DNA from: Octopus vulgaris
Taxonomy: Eukaryota
Direction of reading: 5' to 3'
DNA length: 64,000 nucleotides
Assembly (NCBI GenBank): GCA_951406725.2
Contig: OX597818.1
Span: forward strand, 85,746,001-85,810,000
Part shown: positions 1 to 12,550 of the stretch, one piece after another
Position numbering within the stretch: the first letter of the stretch is position 1
Layout: the number at the start of each line of letters is the position of its first letter
Notes under the pieces: generated by a model
The model's input: only the letters and a program-made list of their open reading frames with translations
What the model was told of the DNA's origin: nothing
Databases searched by the model: none
Program-made: the position numbers and the translations under genes

Positions 1-9
1 GGGTGTATA

Positions 10-350
10 TCATCATTATCATCATCATTTAATGTCTGTTGTCCATGCTGGCATGGGTTGGGCTGTTTGACCAGGGCTGGCAAGCTGGAAGGCTGCACCA
101 GACTCTAGTCAGATTTGGAATGGTCTCTACAGCTTGATGCCCTTCCTGATGCCAATCTCTGTGAGAGTGTAATGGGTGCTTTTATGTGCCATTTGTGCAA
201 CACCAGTATCTGCCACAACATTGATTTTACTTGATATGCCAAAGGTCTTGGTCATTGCCTCTGTGAGGCGCAACACTTGAAAGGAGCTTTATCATATGCC
301 ACTGGCATCAGCCACTTTGCCTGCATGAGGCCCAATGCTCAAAAGGTGCA
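10..350 (-). mobile_element. SINE-like retroposon with (ATG)n tail; other copies near 10510-10680(-), 13840-14170(+), 24265-24440(-), 34550-34770(+), 41150-41420(-), 45370-45560(+)
   Basis: Recurrent 3' motif GGAAGGGCATCCAGC...CCAACCCATGCCAGCATGGA...TTAAATGATGATG. Boundaries approximate. Confidence 0.7.
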
Positions 351-990
351 AGTATATGTTTGTGTGCCTGAGTTTGCATTTCTTGTTGGTGTATGTATGT
401 TTGCTTTTGTGTTTAATTTGGTATTGATGGTGTGTGTATATTCATGAGTGTATGCTTTATTATTTATGAGTATTTGCTTTATTATATGGATTATGAGTGT
501 TTGTGGTGATGGGGGTGATATGTGTGCTTAAGCATGTGGATTTAGTATTTGTGTTTGTATGTTGGTGTATGCATGAATAAGAGAGAAAGGTTTTAGGTGT
601 GACTGTGTTTAGCGTATCTTTGAAGGTCTATGTGAGAATATTTTTAGAAGTGTGATTTTAGTTCTTTCATGTTTGAATGTATTGATTTTTGTGCATGTAT
701 TGATCTTGAATATTTGTATGCATATATGTATATATGCATGCAGACATACGTAAATATATATGTGTATGTGTTTGCTGACATATATGTATGTATGTTGGCA
801 ATATATGTTTGAATATAGGCATGCATGCAGACATACATAAATATGTATGGATTTATCTGTGTCTGTGTGTAAGTATGTTAACATGTATGCTTGTGTGTTT
901 GTATGGTTTTTGGTAATATATGAATGTGTGTCTATATATGTATGTTTTGTTGGCTATGCATGTTTGTTTATCTACATTTTATATCTTTGT

Positions 991-1211
991 TTAACCCTTT
1001 CATTATTATACTTCTGTTGAAATACATTGCTGTTACTTCAATTAATTTTTTAAATAATGAAGAAATTAGTAAAATAATCTTATCTTTATTAAGATGATGT
1101 TTTGAATGTAAATAACATGAAATTTTAATGAAAGGTTTTTAGATCACTTCAAAACAAGTTTGTATCAGAGAACCAGGGTAATCATGGGTAGATTGATACC
1201 AAAAGGTTTAA
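991..1211. mobile_element. piggyBac-type MITE family 1; other copies 1343-1961, 11460-11800, 33000-33127, 46460-46680, 59715-60060, 60370-60670
   Basis: TTAA-flanked CCCTTT...AAAGGG termini and a shared internal sequence (gttgaaatacactgc...aaataatgaagaattt...ttagatcacttt). Superfamily inferred from the ends. Confidence 0.7.
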
Positions 1212-3049
1212 AACTAATAACTATTTCATCTATGATCAACAGTGACTTTAAACCTCTTTTCATCACAGCACACTAAGTATTGTATTAAAAGTATTATAGC
1301 CAATTACCAGCTTCTTAACAGTTTTATTGTATAAGAATTAATATTAACCTCTTTGCTACCATATTTCTGTTGAAATACACTGCTATTATTACAATTAATT
1401 ATGAAAATAATGACAAATTTGGTAAAATAAATTTGTCATTATGGAATTCTGTATATCTTACTTAACATGATATTCTATAGAAAGCCAGAAAATTTCTATA
1501 AAGCACAGTCATGTATCAGTAGTAGGTGCATCCAGTTGCAGCAGTAGAATTGTTGAATCAAGCTTTCTGCTTCTTTGAGCATCATGAGGAGCAAGTATAC
1601 ACTGGATGTTTAGACAAATTTATCCTCTTCTGATATAGAAATAGTGTAATTAACAAATCACTGATGTTGCAAATAGCTGGCAGACTTGGTAAAAATTCAT
1701 TATCAGCAATAGAAACATATTATTTCAAAATAACTGTCTGTATTTCTTCTTTGATGTTGATATACTGTAGGAAACCAATTTTGTACTGTATATCCTTACT
1801 AAGTAAGATATAGAAAATGCTATTTCAATATAAAACCACTTCTATTGCTCATAACAAACTTTGCCATGCTGGTATTTGGGACAAATTAACATGAAATTTT
1901 GATAGATTTTAATTTAAGTCACTTTTAAATATAAAGTTTGTGTTGGTATCAAAAGGGTTAAGCACATACATATGACCACCGATTTCACTATTTTTTCTGC
2001 CTTCTAATTCTTCATTTTCTCTTTCTCTCTTTTTCATAGTGGTGGTATACCTATGAATGTGTATGGACAAAACTTCAGCATCATTCAACAGCCACAAATG
2101 ATAGTTTGGGTTCGTAATAAAGAATACCGAGGGGTAAGTAGATTTCTTTTTTGTTCCTTTTGCTGTACCAGCATTAGTGATATATATGTTCACATTTGTG
2201 CTTGTTCAAAACTAACTTTCAAATGGTGATGTTGTTGTCATTACCTCTGTAAACAAATAATCAACTGGCCTTGCATAATATAAGGCATGTGGAATGAGAG
2301 AACCCTAATTTGAAAAACAGATAAGGATTAGTAGCCAGAAAGGCACGTAGTTGTAAAACAATGCCATGATGATGTATTCATCTAACCCATGCTAGTATGG
2401 CAAGATGAAGATAAAGAAATGAACAAATATGTATATGTGTACACATATATGTGTGTGTGTGTGTGCATATATGTATATGCATGCATGTGTTTGCCTCTGT
2501 GTGTGTGTGTGTTGCCTTCACCTTTCATTCCTTTGAGGTCTTTAATAAAGTGGGGACCAGTTAATGTTATTGATAATAATAATTATTATTATTATTATTA
2601 TTTGTAGTAGTAGTAGTACCATCATTATTAAGGCAGCAGGCTGGCGGGATCATTTGCATATTGGACGGACTGCATAGCAGCATTTCTTTTGGCTCTTTAT
2701 ATTTTTAGCCCAAATCCTACCATGGTCAGTTTTGCCTTTACTTTCATCCTTTGGGGGTTGATAAAATAAGTACCAGCTTATAAAATAAATACTAGCATGG
2801 AGGTCAATATAGTCAACTTGCACCCTTCTCACATGTAATTCTTATTTATTCAAATTTTTCTTAATTATGCATTATCTCATAGCTTTGAAATTTTAATGGG
2901 ATTGTTTATTTTTAGAATGATATTGTAGGGTTGGTGTGAGAGGCCAGATGTGGCCAGTTTGAACATAAGAGAGAATATTTGAGCCAGATATGGCCAGTTT
3001 AAATGTTAAATAATTAAAGTTTTCTATTTGTTGTTCTTGGCACTAGCAG

Positions 3050-3295
3050 GATTGCAGTCAGATGAGAGATTCCCATTTGATCTGTTACTTCCCAAACATC
3101 ACGGAACCAGTCACCAGTGGTAACATTAATCTTCCACAAAGATTCTCCTATGGTTTCCACATGGACAATGTTACCAATCTACTGAACCTAACAGACTATC
3201 TTGGCACTGTTGAAGTACAGGATAACCCTATCTTCTCAAAGTTCACTGAGAAAGTGAAATCTCATCTCTACACCAATGAGTACCTCACTATCAAT
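3050..3295 (+). CDS. PlexA: Plexin A exon (window exon 1): IPT domain region, DCSQMRDSHLICYFP...GFHMDNV...NEYLTIN
   Basis: Acceptor tagCAG at 3044-3049 (start may be 3047 or 3050); donor GTAAGT at 3296; phase 0/0. GFxMDNV and YLTING motifs are typical of plexin IPT domains. Confidence 0.9.
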
Positions 3296-3511
3296 GTAAG
3301 TCTTTCCTTTCTCTCTTCTCTTTTCTCTCTCTCTCTCATTCATTCATATATGTCGCTTTGTGAGTTGTAGTTAAGAAGCTTGCTTCCCAACCATATGGTC
3401 TTTGGTTCTGGCCCTCTGCATTGCACTTTGGGCAAGTGTCTTCTATTATAGTTTCAGGCTAACCAAAGCCTTGTCAGTGGATTTGGTAGATGGAAACTGA
3501 AAGAGACCCAT

Positions 3512-3787
3512 TGTTAGTTAGTTAGTTAATTTTTTGGCTCAAAAAGCAAAAAAGCAAGGCCATGTAGGGGGACATGGAGTTATGTACAGGGTGGTGTTCA
3601 TGTAAAGAGTTCAGGCCACTTGTGGTCAAGGAAGACTTTGAACCGAGCGGTCGTCGGCATCTTCACCATCTCGTCCGGCAGCTTATTCCACGGATCCACA
3701 ACCTGGACGGAGAAAGCCCCTCTCCTTTGATTGAGATGAAATCGTTGCAGATAGAGCTTTTCGGAATGACCCCGCAGCCGATGTTCT
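3512..3787 (-). mobile_element. 5'-truncated CR1-clade LINE 3' end
   Basis: Minus-strand frame LRGHSEKLYLQRFHLNQRRGAFSVQVVDPWNKLPDEMV...FKVFLD matches the CR1 ORF2 C-terminal pattern; short 3' UTR ends in an (AACT)n tail at ~3512-3528. Confidence 0.85.
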
Positions 3788-4989
3788 GTGTGTGTATGTG
3801 TACACATGCCTAGTTAAAAAGCTTGCTTCCTAACCATATGGCACCTTGGGCGAGTGTCTTCTGTTATAACCCTGGACCAACCAGAGCCTTGTAAGTCAGT
3901 TTGGTAAATGAAAACTGAAAGAAGACCATCATATGTACATACATGTGTATGTATGTGGGTAAGTGCTCCTGAACCATATGGTCTTGGGTTCAATACCATC
4001 ATGTGGCACATTGGCTAAGTGTCTTCTACTGTAATCCTGGGCCAACCAAGGCCTTGTGAGAAAATTTGGTAGATGGTAACTGAAAGATGCTCATCATGTG
4101 CATATGGATATACACACACACACACACACATATACATATATATATATATATATTTATTTATATATGTATACATACATACACACATATGTTCAGAAGCCCT
4201 TGTGGCTAGTGGTTGAAGCCTGTGTACAATGAGTTTAGTGAGAACTGTTTTAGCTCACTAATCATCTGGTACCTAAAGCTGTCAGCTGAGAGAACTGGGG
4301 GTAGAATTTACCTACAGCAGCTTTGAACTCAGCCAATAAAAAAAAATTTTTTAAACTAGTGAACAAGATCATTTGTAATATATTAATGTCTTGTGATGTG
4401 AAAGATGACTAAACACTTGATTTATTAATAACCAATCAATCAATCAATATTGAATAACACTATGTAACACGATTTTTGTCCTTGGGTAGTAACTGTTGTT
4501 TTCTATTTACTTACCCCTAGAAAGTATGGAAAATGGCTTATATTTCCTTCAAACTTTACTTTTGTTATGATATCTATTCAAACCTCAAAGAATTTCTCTC
4601 AACACATGGCTATGATGCTCCTCTATAACTCATGATCAGGGATGTACATATTGCCAGCCACTAAGTGACATACACAAGTAGCTACAGTCAAGCAACTGAC
4701 TAGCAAATCTGTGGTATTGAGCAGAATGTTTGCTATAACAATATTTCTACTTCGGCACCAAGTTGTTGAATCTGTCTGAAATGTAACGGAAAGTAGGTCA
4801 ATTTCAAAACATTGATCTCCAAATCAGAAAACAAAGTTCGAAGAGGGTAGTTGTCATTTCCTTTGATTTCTAGATAGAAGCAAATAGGAAATAACACTTT
4901 CTGACCAAAGGCAAAAATAAAAATAAAAATGTTATTATTCAGTGATAATTAACATTGATATATATTTATGCTGTGTTTTATCTTTACAG

Positions 4990-5148
4990 GGACAGAATCT
5001 TAACAAAGCAGTAGATGAGGCACATGTCAGTGTCCGCATAGGTATGGGCCGCTGCAATGTGACCTCTATAGCTTCATCGCAACTGACTTGCCAGCCACCC
5101 AAAGTTCAGCCAGAAGCCATGTCAGATAGCGATTATCCCGAAGTCATT
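4990..5148 (+). CDS. PlexA: Plexin A exon 2: last IPT domain, GQNLNKAVDEAHVSVRIGMGRCNVTSIASSQLTCQPP...PEVI
   Basis: tttacAG acceptor, GTAAGT donor, 159 nt, phase 0/0; IGxxxCNVTSxxxxQLTCxPP plexin motif. Confidence 0.95.
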
Positions 5149-5222
5149 GTAAGTTCCACTTTTATACACTTTTAACCACAAATTTTTATTACAGCAGGCA
5201 TCAATCAATAATATATATATTG

Positions 5223-5271
<49 letters not shown>

Positions 5272-5456
5272 AATAAGTAACAGGGATGTCCGGGTATTTG
5301 GATTTTGCTCGCTTAACTTTGAGCTGCACGGACTATACTGAACTGGCTTGGTGCCTAATTCAACTGTTTTCTATTTGTTTCTCTCGTTATTTGCACATTG
5401 CACTCGTTTTTGCATTTCATGTTGTTTACTGTTAGTGACGTCCTGTACCCATATAT

Positions 5457-5503
<47 letters not shown>

Positions 5504-6282
5504 AATAATAAAAGTTGACTGTAGCAATGTGAAATGAAATGTTTTGCTCAAAAACACAAAACTGTGCTGGTCTGGGTATTGAAACTAGTATCTAGCTGTC
5601 ATGAGTGCAACACACTAACCACTAGGACACACACCTTCACTCACACATACGCACAACAATTAGAATGAATACACAGCTCTGCATTAGTGGACAAAGGATC
5701 TTTATTTGTGAATTAAAGCTACCATTAGTTTCATGTGGAAGCCCTTATCAATTATCAAGCCTATCACATGGATATCAATTCCATTCATATACACACATAC
5801 ACATGCGTGCGCACGCACGCGCACACACACACACACATGCATACACATACACACCCAAACAATACACATCTACATACCCAATGAACTCATAACTACTAAA
5901 CATTTTGCAAAATTCAGTATGATATAGAAATTCCCACCCTGAATGACATGCAAACAAATAAAGTTGACATCTTTACTGGCTGTTACATCTGTCCTTCATT
6001 CATCATCATTACACTCATTCATTTCATTTCTATTTTTTCCTCCTCCTTGATATTTTTGATATTATTTTTATCATATTCATTTTTTTTATTTTTCATGCTC
6101 TTTTTTTTTTTACTCATATTTTTTTAAAACATTCCTTTCTGACTTCATATTTTTACATAGTTAAAAAAAAATGCTTTCATGATTTTCTATTATGTTTTCT
6201 TTTCCAATTATTTCTATTTCCTTCTTCTAGTGTGTGTGTGTGTGTATATACATGTATGCATATGCATTTATATATATAAATA

Positions 6283-6342
<60 letters not shown>

Positions 6343-7381
6343 ATGTATATAAGCATATATGTATGTGTGTGTGTGTGTATATATATATATATACACACAC
6401 ATACTCTGAAGACATAGGGAAAGGGCAATATATTGAAAATCTAAATTTTAAAAAATGGAAACTCTACTTCCTTCCCCTCATTCCTGTACCATTCTATCCC
6501 CACCACTCCATATTATTCCTACTCTCCCATCCCTTTATCAAACTCCTCTTGAGTCCCCCCACTGCCCCTTTTACTCAAAACTGAAGGAAACAAAAGACGA
6601 ATATGACAAATGGGAGCAGGTGTTGTGTGGCGTGGAGGATGAAATTATAAGTACCTGGCATTTTGGAATTTGAAATAGATTTGAAGAATTCAGGGACTTG
6701 CATTTCACCAATACACTTCCAGATGGGGCACAATGGGTGTGAATGTGGCAGGGAATGGTGGTAGTTAGCAGGGTGTTTGATAGAAACAGAAAAGGGGCCT
6801 GTGTCCATGCAGCTGTGTTCCTATGTGTGTCAAACTTTTCTGTGTGTCCCTGCATGTATGTATGTTATATGCATGCATGTGTGTGCTTGTCAATTTGTAT
6901 ATGTGTAGTCCATGCAAGTGTGTTTGTCCATGTGTGTGTGTATATATGAGTTATGCTTTAATGTTATGTAGAAGGATAAGAAAAGGGGGAGACAAGCTAA
7001 GCTACAAGCGAGATTACTTGGAATTTTGGGAATTAGACTGGAAGTAGATGGGGTCTGGTGTGGTGCCATGCGGTTTGGGGTTTAGTCGAAGCGTAATGTT
7101 GTGTATGTGTGTGTGTGCATTGTAAAATGTGGATTGGGGTGCTGGCTAAAGTAATCAAGTTAGCTAAGGTGGGTGAGTGGATAGTGGAGTGGAGTAAAGT
7201 ATGTTTGTAATAGCAAGAAGAGAGAGAGAGAGAGAGAGTCTGTTGTTTTGGAAGACCTTTTCAAGTGAGAATAGAGAATAAAGTTGTGTTAGCTCCTACA
7301 CCCTCCACCTCATACTTTCTAATGTTATATATTCATTCATGTCAACAGTCCATGTGTATGTATATATGTGTGTGTGTGTGC

Positions 7382-7417
<36 letters not shown>

Positions 7418-7432
7418 AAGTGTGTGCATATA

Positions 7433-7508
<76 letters not shown>

Positions 7509-10500
7509 TGAACATATATATATATTATATTGTAGTGTTGGCCATGTAGATTTATGGAATGGAGCAATAAGGGATGTTATCATTGGATTGTCCGATAGAT
7601 AACGGTTTCTAGGAGAAGAGAGCAAGTCACTGAGATACATAGTCACTTATTGACTGAGGGGAAAGACAGAGAAAGATAATAAAGATAAAGTGAGAAATAC
7701 TGAGATAAAATGGAAGACAGTAAAATATATAAACCAAGAGAGAGAGAGAGAAAAGGACAATAGAAGACACAAAAATGGAGGGGCAGAGAATGATATAAAA
7801 ACAAAAGAGAATGAAATATAAACAAAAGAGAATGAAATGTGGTGTAGCTATGATTGAAGAGGTAAGCAGAGGAATGGGAAATGTTGGGAGTGTGGTCGTG
7901 GTGGAATCTTTGTCTCCTCCTCTTTCTCCTCCTAAAATGCCATTTTTCCAGAAATTAGGGAACTGGTGTGGAGATTTTTTTTTCAAGAAAGAACAATGCA
8001 AAACATGGAAACTGGCTTTGAATTGCTATTGTCTCACATTTTAAAGCCTGGTTGCACTGGTATGGATTATGGGGTTTAGTTGTGGGTTGATGGGGGTGGA
8101 TACAAATGGTATTGGTGATGGGGGTAGTGGTAATGATGCTTGTAGTTGTGGTGGTAGAAGTGGTTGATGTTGGTGATAGTGGTAGTGGTGGTGATGATGG
8201 TGGGCGGCTGATAATAGTAGTGATGAGGTTAGTGGTAGGTAATGGTGGTGGTGGTTGACAGTGGTGGCTTTGGTGGTGTTGGTGTTGATGTTATTGGTTG
8301 TAGGTGCTGGTGTGGGTGTTGGTTGAAGTGAAAAGTAGTGTTTTCGTTTATGGCATCAAAGTGGTTTCACATGTTGGTGTTGGTATTGGGGGCAGCATAG
8401 CATAAACAGTGACAACATTATCAGCAATGGATCATGATGGGTGTGGCAGCAGTAGAGGAAATGGTAGTTTTAAATTGGATATTTGATGTGGCTATGGACA
8501 TAGTGGATGACTACCAAATAAACAACACTCACAATTAAAAAAATAAAGAACCATTAGAGTTAGGACACAATAAAATATGAAAATAATTGTGGCAAGAATA
8601 GTGAGGCATTTGTGAAGTATGATGGAGATTGTTCTTAGTCATCCACCTCACAACACAAGAAGCTTCCTCTTAAATATATGGCCTTTGTTCTAGTTTCCAT
8701 TACTATAATACACAGAAGAAACTGGAATTTAGTATTGAGGATTGATTATCGTTGTGGGTGAAGTTGGACATAAATTAGTGGGAAGTGTGTTGGTTAGGGT
8801 TAATGCCTTGTGGTTGTGATTTGTAATGGAGATGGTTTGTAATAGACTAGGCACAGATATGGTTGTGTGGCTAAGAAGCTTAGTTCCTAAGCATTTACTA
8901 TAGACCCAGGGTCACCAAGGATTTGTGAGTGGATTTGGTAGACAGAAACTGAAAGAAGCCTGTCATGTATGAATGTATGCATGTTCTCTTGTCTAGACAT
9001 TACATGATGGTTGTAAACAGGTTTCACCAACATACAAGTGAGGTTGTATTTTTTTTGCCAGTCTTCTGTGAAAAATATATCTGATCATGGGAAAATATTA
9101 CTTTGCTTCGGAACAGGTGAGGATTAGTGTCAGGAAGAATATCCAGCCATAGAATATCTGTTTCAACAAATTCTATTTGGCCCTTACGAGCATGGAAAAG
9201 TGGATGTTAAATGATGATGATGATACATTTGTATGTATATGTGTGTGTATCTGCCTGTGTTTCCTTGTCTTGGTGTCATGTAACAGTTGTAAATGAGTGT
9301 CACTGCCATACAAGCAGTGTCCTTCATTTCCAGTATTCTGTGAAAACATGTTTGGCCATGAGGAAAATTATTGATTTCAAAGTTTGGCGCAAGCCCAACA
9401 TATTCAGGGGTAAATCAATTATATCGACCCCAGTGTTCAACTAGCACTTACCAACCCTGAAAAGATAGAAGGACAAAGTCGACCTCAGCAGAATTTGAAC
9501 TCAGAACATAAGGGCAGATGAAATGTCACTAAGCAATTTGCCCGGCATGCTAATGGTTCTGCTAGTTCACTGCCTTCCCATGGGAAAATATTACCTTGCT
9601 GGGAAATGGAAGAGTTAGCAATGAGAAAGGCTTCTGGCTATAGAAAACCTGACTCACTAAACACTGTCCAACCCATGCAACCATAGATAAGTGGATATAA
9701 AATGATGATTGTGGTGATGGTCATAATTGGTAATAATAGAATTGATGTTTGCTTTAGAGTTAGTTAATTAGTCCATCCACCTTACCATTTACCAGGGATC
9801 AATGGAGAATATCAGAGTTTAAACGGACAGCAATGTGTTGAAGTGTACAGGAAATCTGATACTTCATATCAGTGATTACACAAATATATACCCTGCTATC
9901 ACCATCCTGGTTTCAACACCTTTTTACATCTCTGTAATTATCATTGTTATCACATTTGTCCTTACAAAAATCATAGATGGCCAAGTAATTAGTGAAGTAT
10001 TGGTGATAGAAGGAAGTGTTGATTACTGCTAGAGTTAGGTGACAAGCTGGCAGAATCATTAGCATACCAGACAAAATGCTTAGCGTCATTTCTTCTGGCT
10101 TGACATTCTGAGTTCAAATTCTGTTGACTTTGCCTGTCATCCTTTCAGGGTTGATAAAATAAGTACCAGTCAAGAACTGGGGTCAATGTTATCAACTTCC
10201 CCTCCTCTCAAAATTGTGCCAAAATTAGAAAGAATTACAGAGAGACTGTAACCCTTACTTAGTCCACCTAATTTTAAATAGGTACCGTATGCAGAATGGT
10301 TCATCATTATAAGCTTAAGGCAGTGATCTGTTAGAATTGTGTGAGTGTCAGACAAAATGCTTTGTGATATTTCTTCTGACTCATATTCTGAGTTTGAATT
10401 CTGCCAAAGTCAACTTTGCCTTTTATTCTTCTGGAGTCAGTGAAATAAGTACCAAACTACTGGAGTTGATGCAGTTGACCAACCTCCCAAATTTCAGGCC

Positions 10501-11189
10501 TTACAACCATTATCATCATCATTTAACATCTGTTCTCCATGCTGGCATGGGTTGGACAATTTGATAGGATCAGGTGAACCACAGGGCTGCATTGTGCTCT
10601 ATGTCAATTTTGGCATGATTTCTGCAATTGGATGCCCTTCCTAACATCAACCACTCTACAGTGTGTACTGGGTGTTTTTTTTTTCCTGCCACTGGGACTT
10701 GTGGGGTTACCAAATAACTTGCAAGATAGGAAAGAAGAAAAAACGGAAAAGCCCTCATAAGTAACTGGAAGTGGGTGAGGTATTTGAGAGGGGACAGGCA
10801 GAGGTGTATTGCTATAGAGAAGATACATGTCTACTCATGGTACATTGCAGAATATCTTGAACCATATCTTAAAATTCCATACTATCTCTTGTATACCATT
10901 GTCTACAACTTGAATCATTACTCCTCCTAACCTTCACACCACCATCACCAAATCTGTTCCACAGTCCTCTTTTTCATCAAAACCATTATAAGCTTTCTCT
11001 CTCTCTCTTCTGCTCATCTTGCAGAAATACCAGTCAGAGAGTACCTGCGATAGTCACTGGTTATTGTCTCTCATTGTCTGCCTATAACATTAAAATAAGT
11101 TCCAATACCAAACTTTCCTACAAAAGATGAAACATAATTAAAATTTACCCAAACTCATTGTGTCCTTTTTTTCTTCAATTTAATTCCAG

Positions 11190-11427
11190 GTTCGAGTTGG
11201 TCGTAATCTGACCTATCATATTGGGTTCCTGCGCTATGAAGAGCCCGAAGGAACATCATTACATATGGTGATTGGCTTAGCTGTGGGTGGTGCCGTGCTC
11301 TTGTTGATTGTAATTATTGTTGTTATTGCTTACCGCGTCAAATCAAAACAGAGCAACACCATGAAGAAGCAGTTACATGAGCAAATGGACCAGTTGGAGT
11401 TAAAAGTTGCCCAAGAATGCAAAGAAG
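11190..11427 (+). CDS. PlexA: Plexin A exon 3: end of IPT, transmembrane helix (MVIGLAVGGAVLLLIVIIVVIAY, GxxxG) and juxtamembrane coiled coil (QMDQLELKVAQECKE)
   Basis: Polypyrimidine tract + ccAG acceptor, GTAAT donor, phase 0/1; matches the plexin QMDxLExxVAxECKEAFAEL motif. Confidence 0.96.
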
Positions 11428-11878
11428 GTAATATACATTTTCATACACATCTTTTCTTCCTTTAACATTGTGTAAGACTGTACCTGGTTCTATGATAGAA
11501 ATTTTATATTTTTAAGGTAGTCTAGATTTAAACATTCCTTCAAAATATCATGACAATTTATATTCCAAATACTAGTGTAATAATAGCAAAGTTATTTTTC
11601 TAAATTCTATACTATTTTTTTAATTAATTGGAATAAAAGCAGTGTATTTCAACAGAAATATGGTAATGAAAGGGTTAAAGTGATCTAAATTAAAACCTAT
11701 CAAAATTCCATGTTAATTTATGTTCCAAATATCAGGCTAATAATGACAATTATTTTATTAAATTCTTCATTATTTTCAAAATTATTACAGGTGCAGTGTT
11801 GAACCCCATGTACCTGATCATGGCAGCTTTCTTTTTATAAAAGTTGGTTGATTGTCTGTTTTGTCTCTTTACTTTTAG

Positions 11879-12015
11879 CATTTGCTGAGCTACAAACTGA
11901 CATGACAGAGCTGAATAATGATATGAGTGGCCAAGTATCAATTCCTTTCTGGGATTACCGAACTTATTGCATGAAAGTCCTCTTCCCAGGTGATAAGGAC
12001 CATCCTGTTACTAAG
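11879..12015 (+). CDS. PlexA: Plexin A exon 4: [46 protein letters not shown]
   Basis: ttttAG acceptor, GTAAG donor, phase 1/0 (G+CA = Ala); canonical start of the plexin cytoplasmic GAP region. Confidence 0.97.
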
Positions 12016-12047
12016 GTAAGACTTCTGGTTTTCTGAAATAGCTTTTG

Positions 12048-12253
12048 TACTGTATTTTGTGGCATATAAGTAACATTTTTCAGACCAAAATTTACAACCA
12101 AAACAGGTAAGTCAACTTATACACCAAAACAACATTGGAGGATCAAAAATACCATGTGAATTGTAGTAGTATTCAGAAAGATATTGGCAATGCTTGACTA
12201 TTTACATATTCACACTATATACTATGTCAACATACATACTGGAAAATATAATA
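12048..12253. mobile_element. Tc1/mariner/pogo-type MITE; second copy ~28416-28626
   Basis: Degenerate TACTGTATTTT...GGAAAATA(T/C)ARTA termini; two clearly homologous copies (ccaaaattta...gtcaacYtRtacaccaaa...ccatgtgaa). Confidence 0.6.
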
Positions 12254-12302
12254 GTTTTAAATTACACACACACACAAATATATATATCATTAAAATAATA
12301 AA

Positions 12303-12550
12303 TGCACCCTTTTAAAGCCTAGCCAGGCTCATGGGCCAGGTTTCCCGGTTTCTATGGCGTATATGTTCCCTAGCTGGGTGAAATGCCAGTCCATCGCAGC
12401 ATTACTTATTTTTGCCAGCTGAGTGGGCTGGAGCAACGTGAAATAAAGTGTTTTGCTCAAGAACACAACACGTCGCCTGGTCCAGGAATTGAAACCACAA
12501 TCTTATGATCATGGTGCTGACACCCTAACCACTAAGCCATGCGCCTCCAC
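12303..12550 (-). mobile_element. tRNA-derived SINE; related heads at 5520-5640(-), 27400-27730(-), 28782-29105(+), 38365-38692(-)
   Basis: GGCGCATGGCTTAGTGGTTAG A-box and GTTTCAATTCC B-box-like head, followed by the shared tgtgtYcttgagcaaRacactttatttcac core. Confidence 0.8.

Noticed and set aside
8090-8400. GGT-rich tract as coding sequence or G-quadruplex
   Set aside because: Degenerate trinucleotide repeat with mostly GG runs, stop codons and no splice context.
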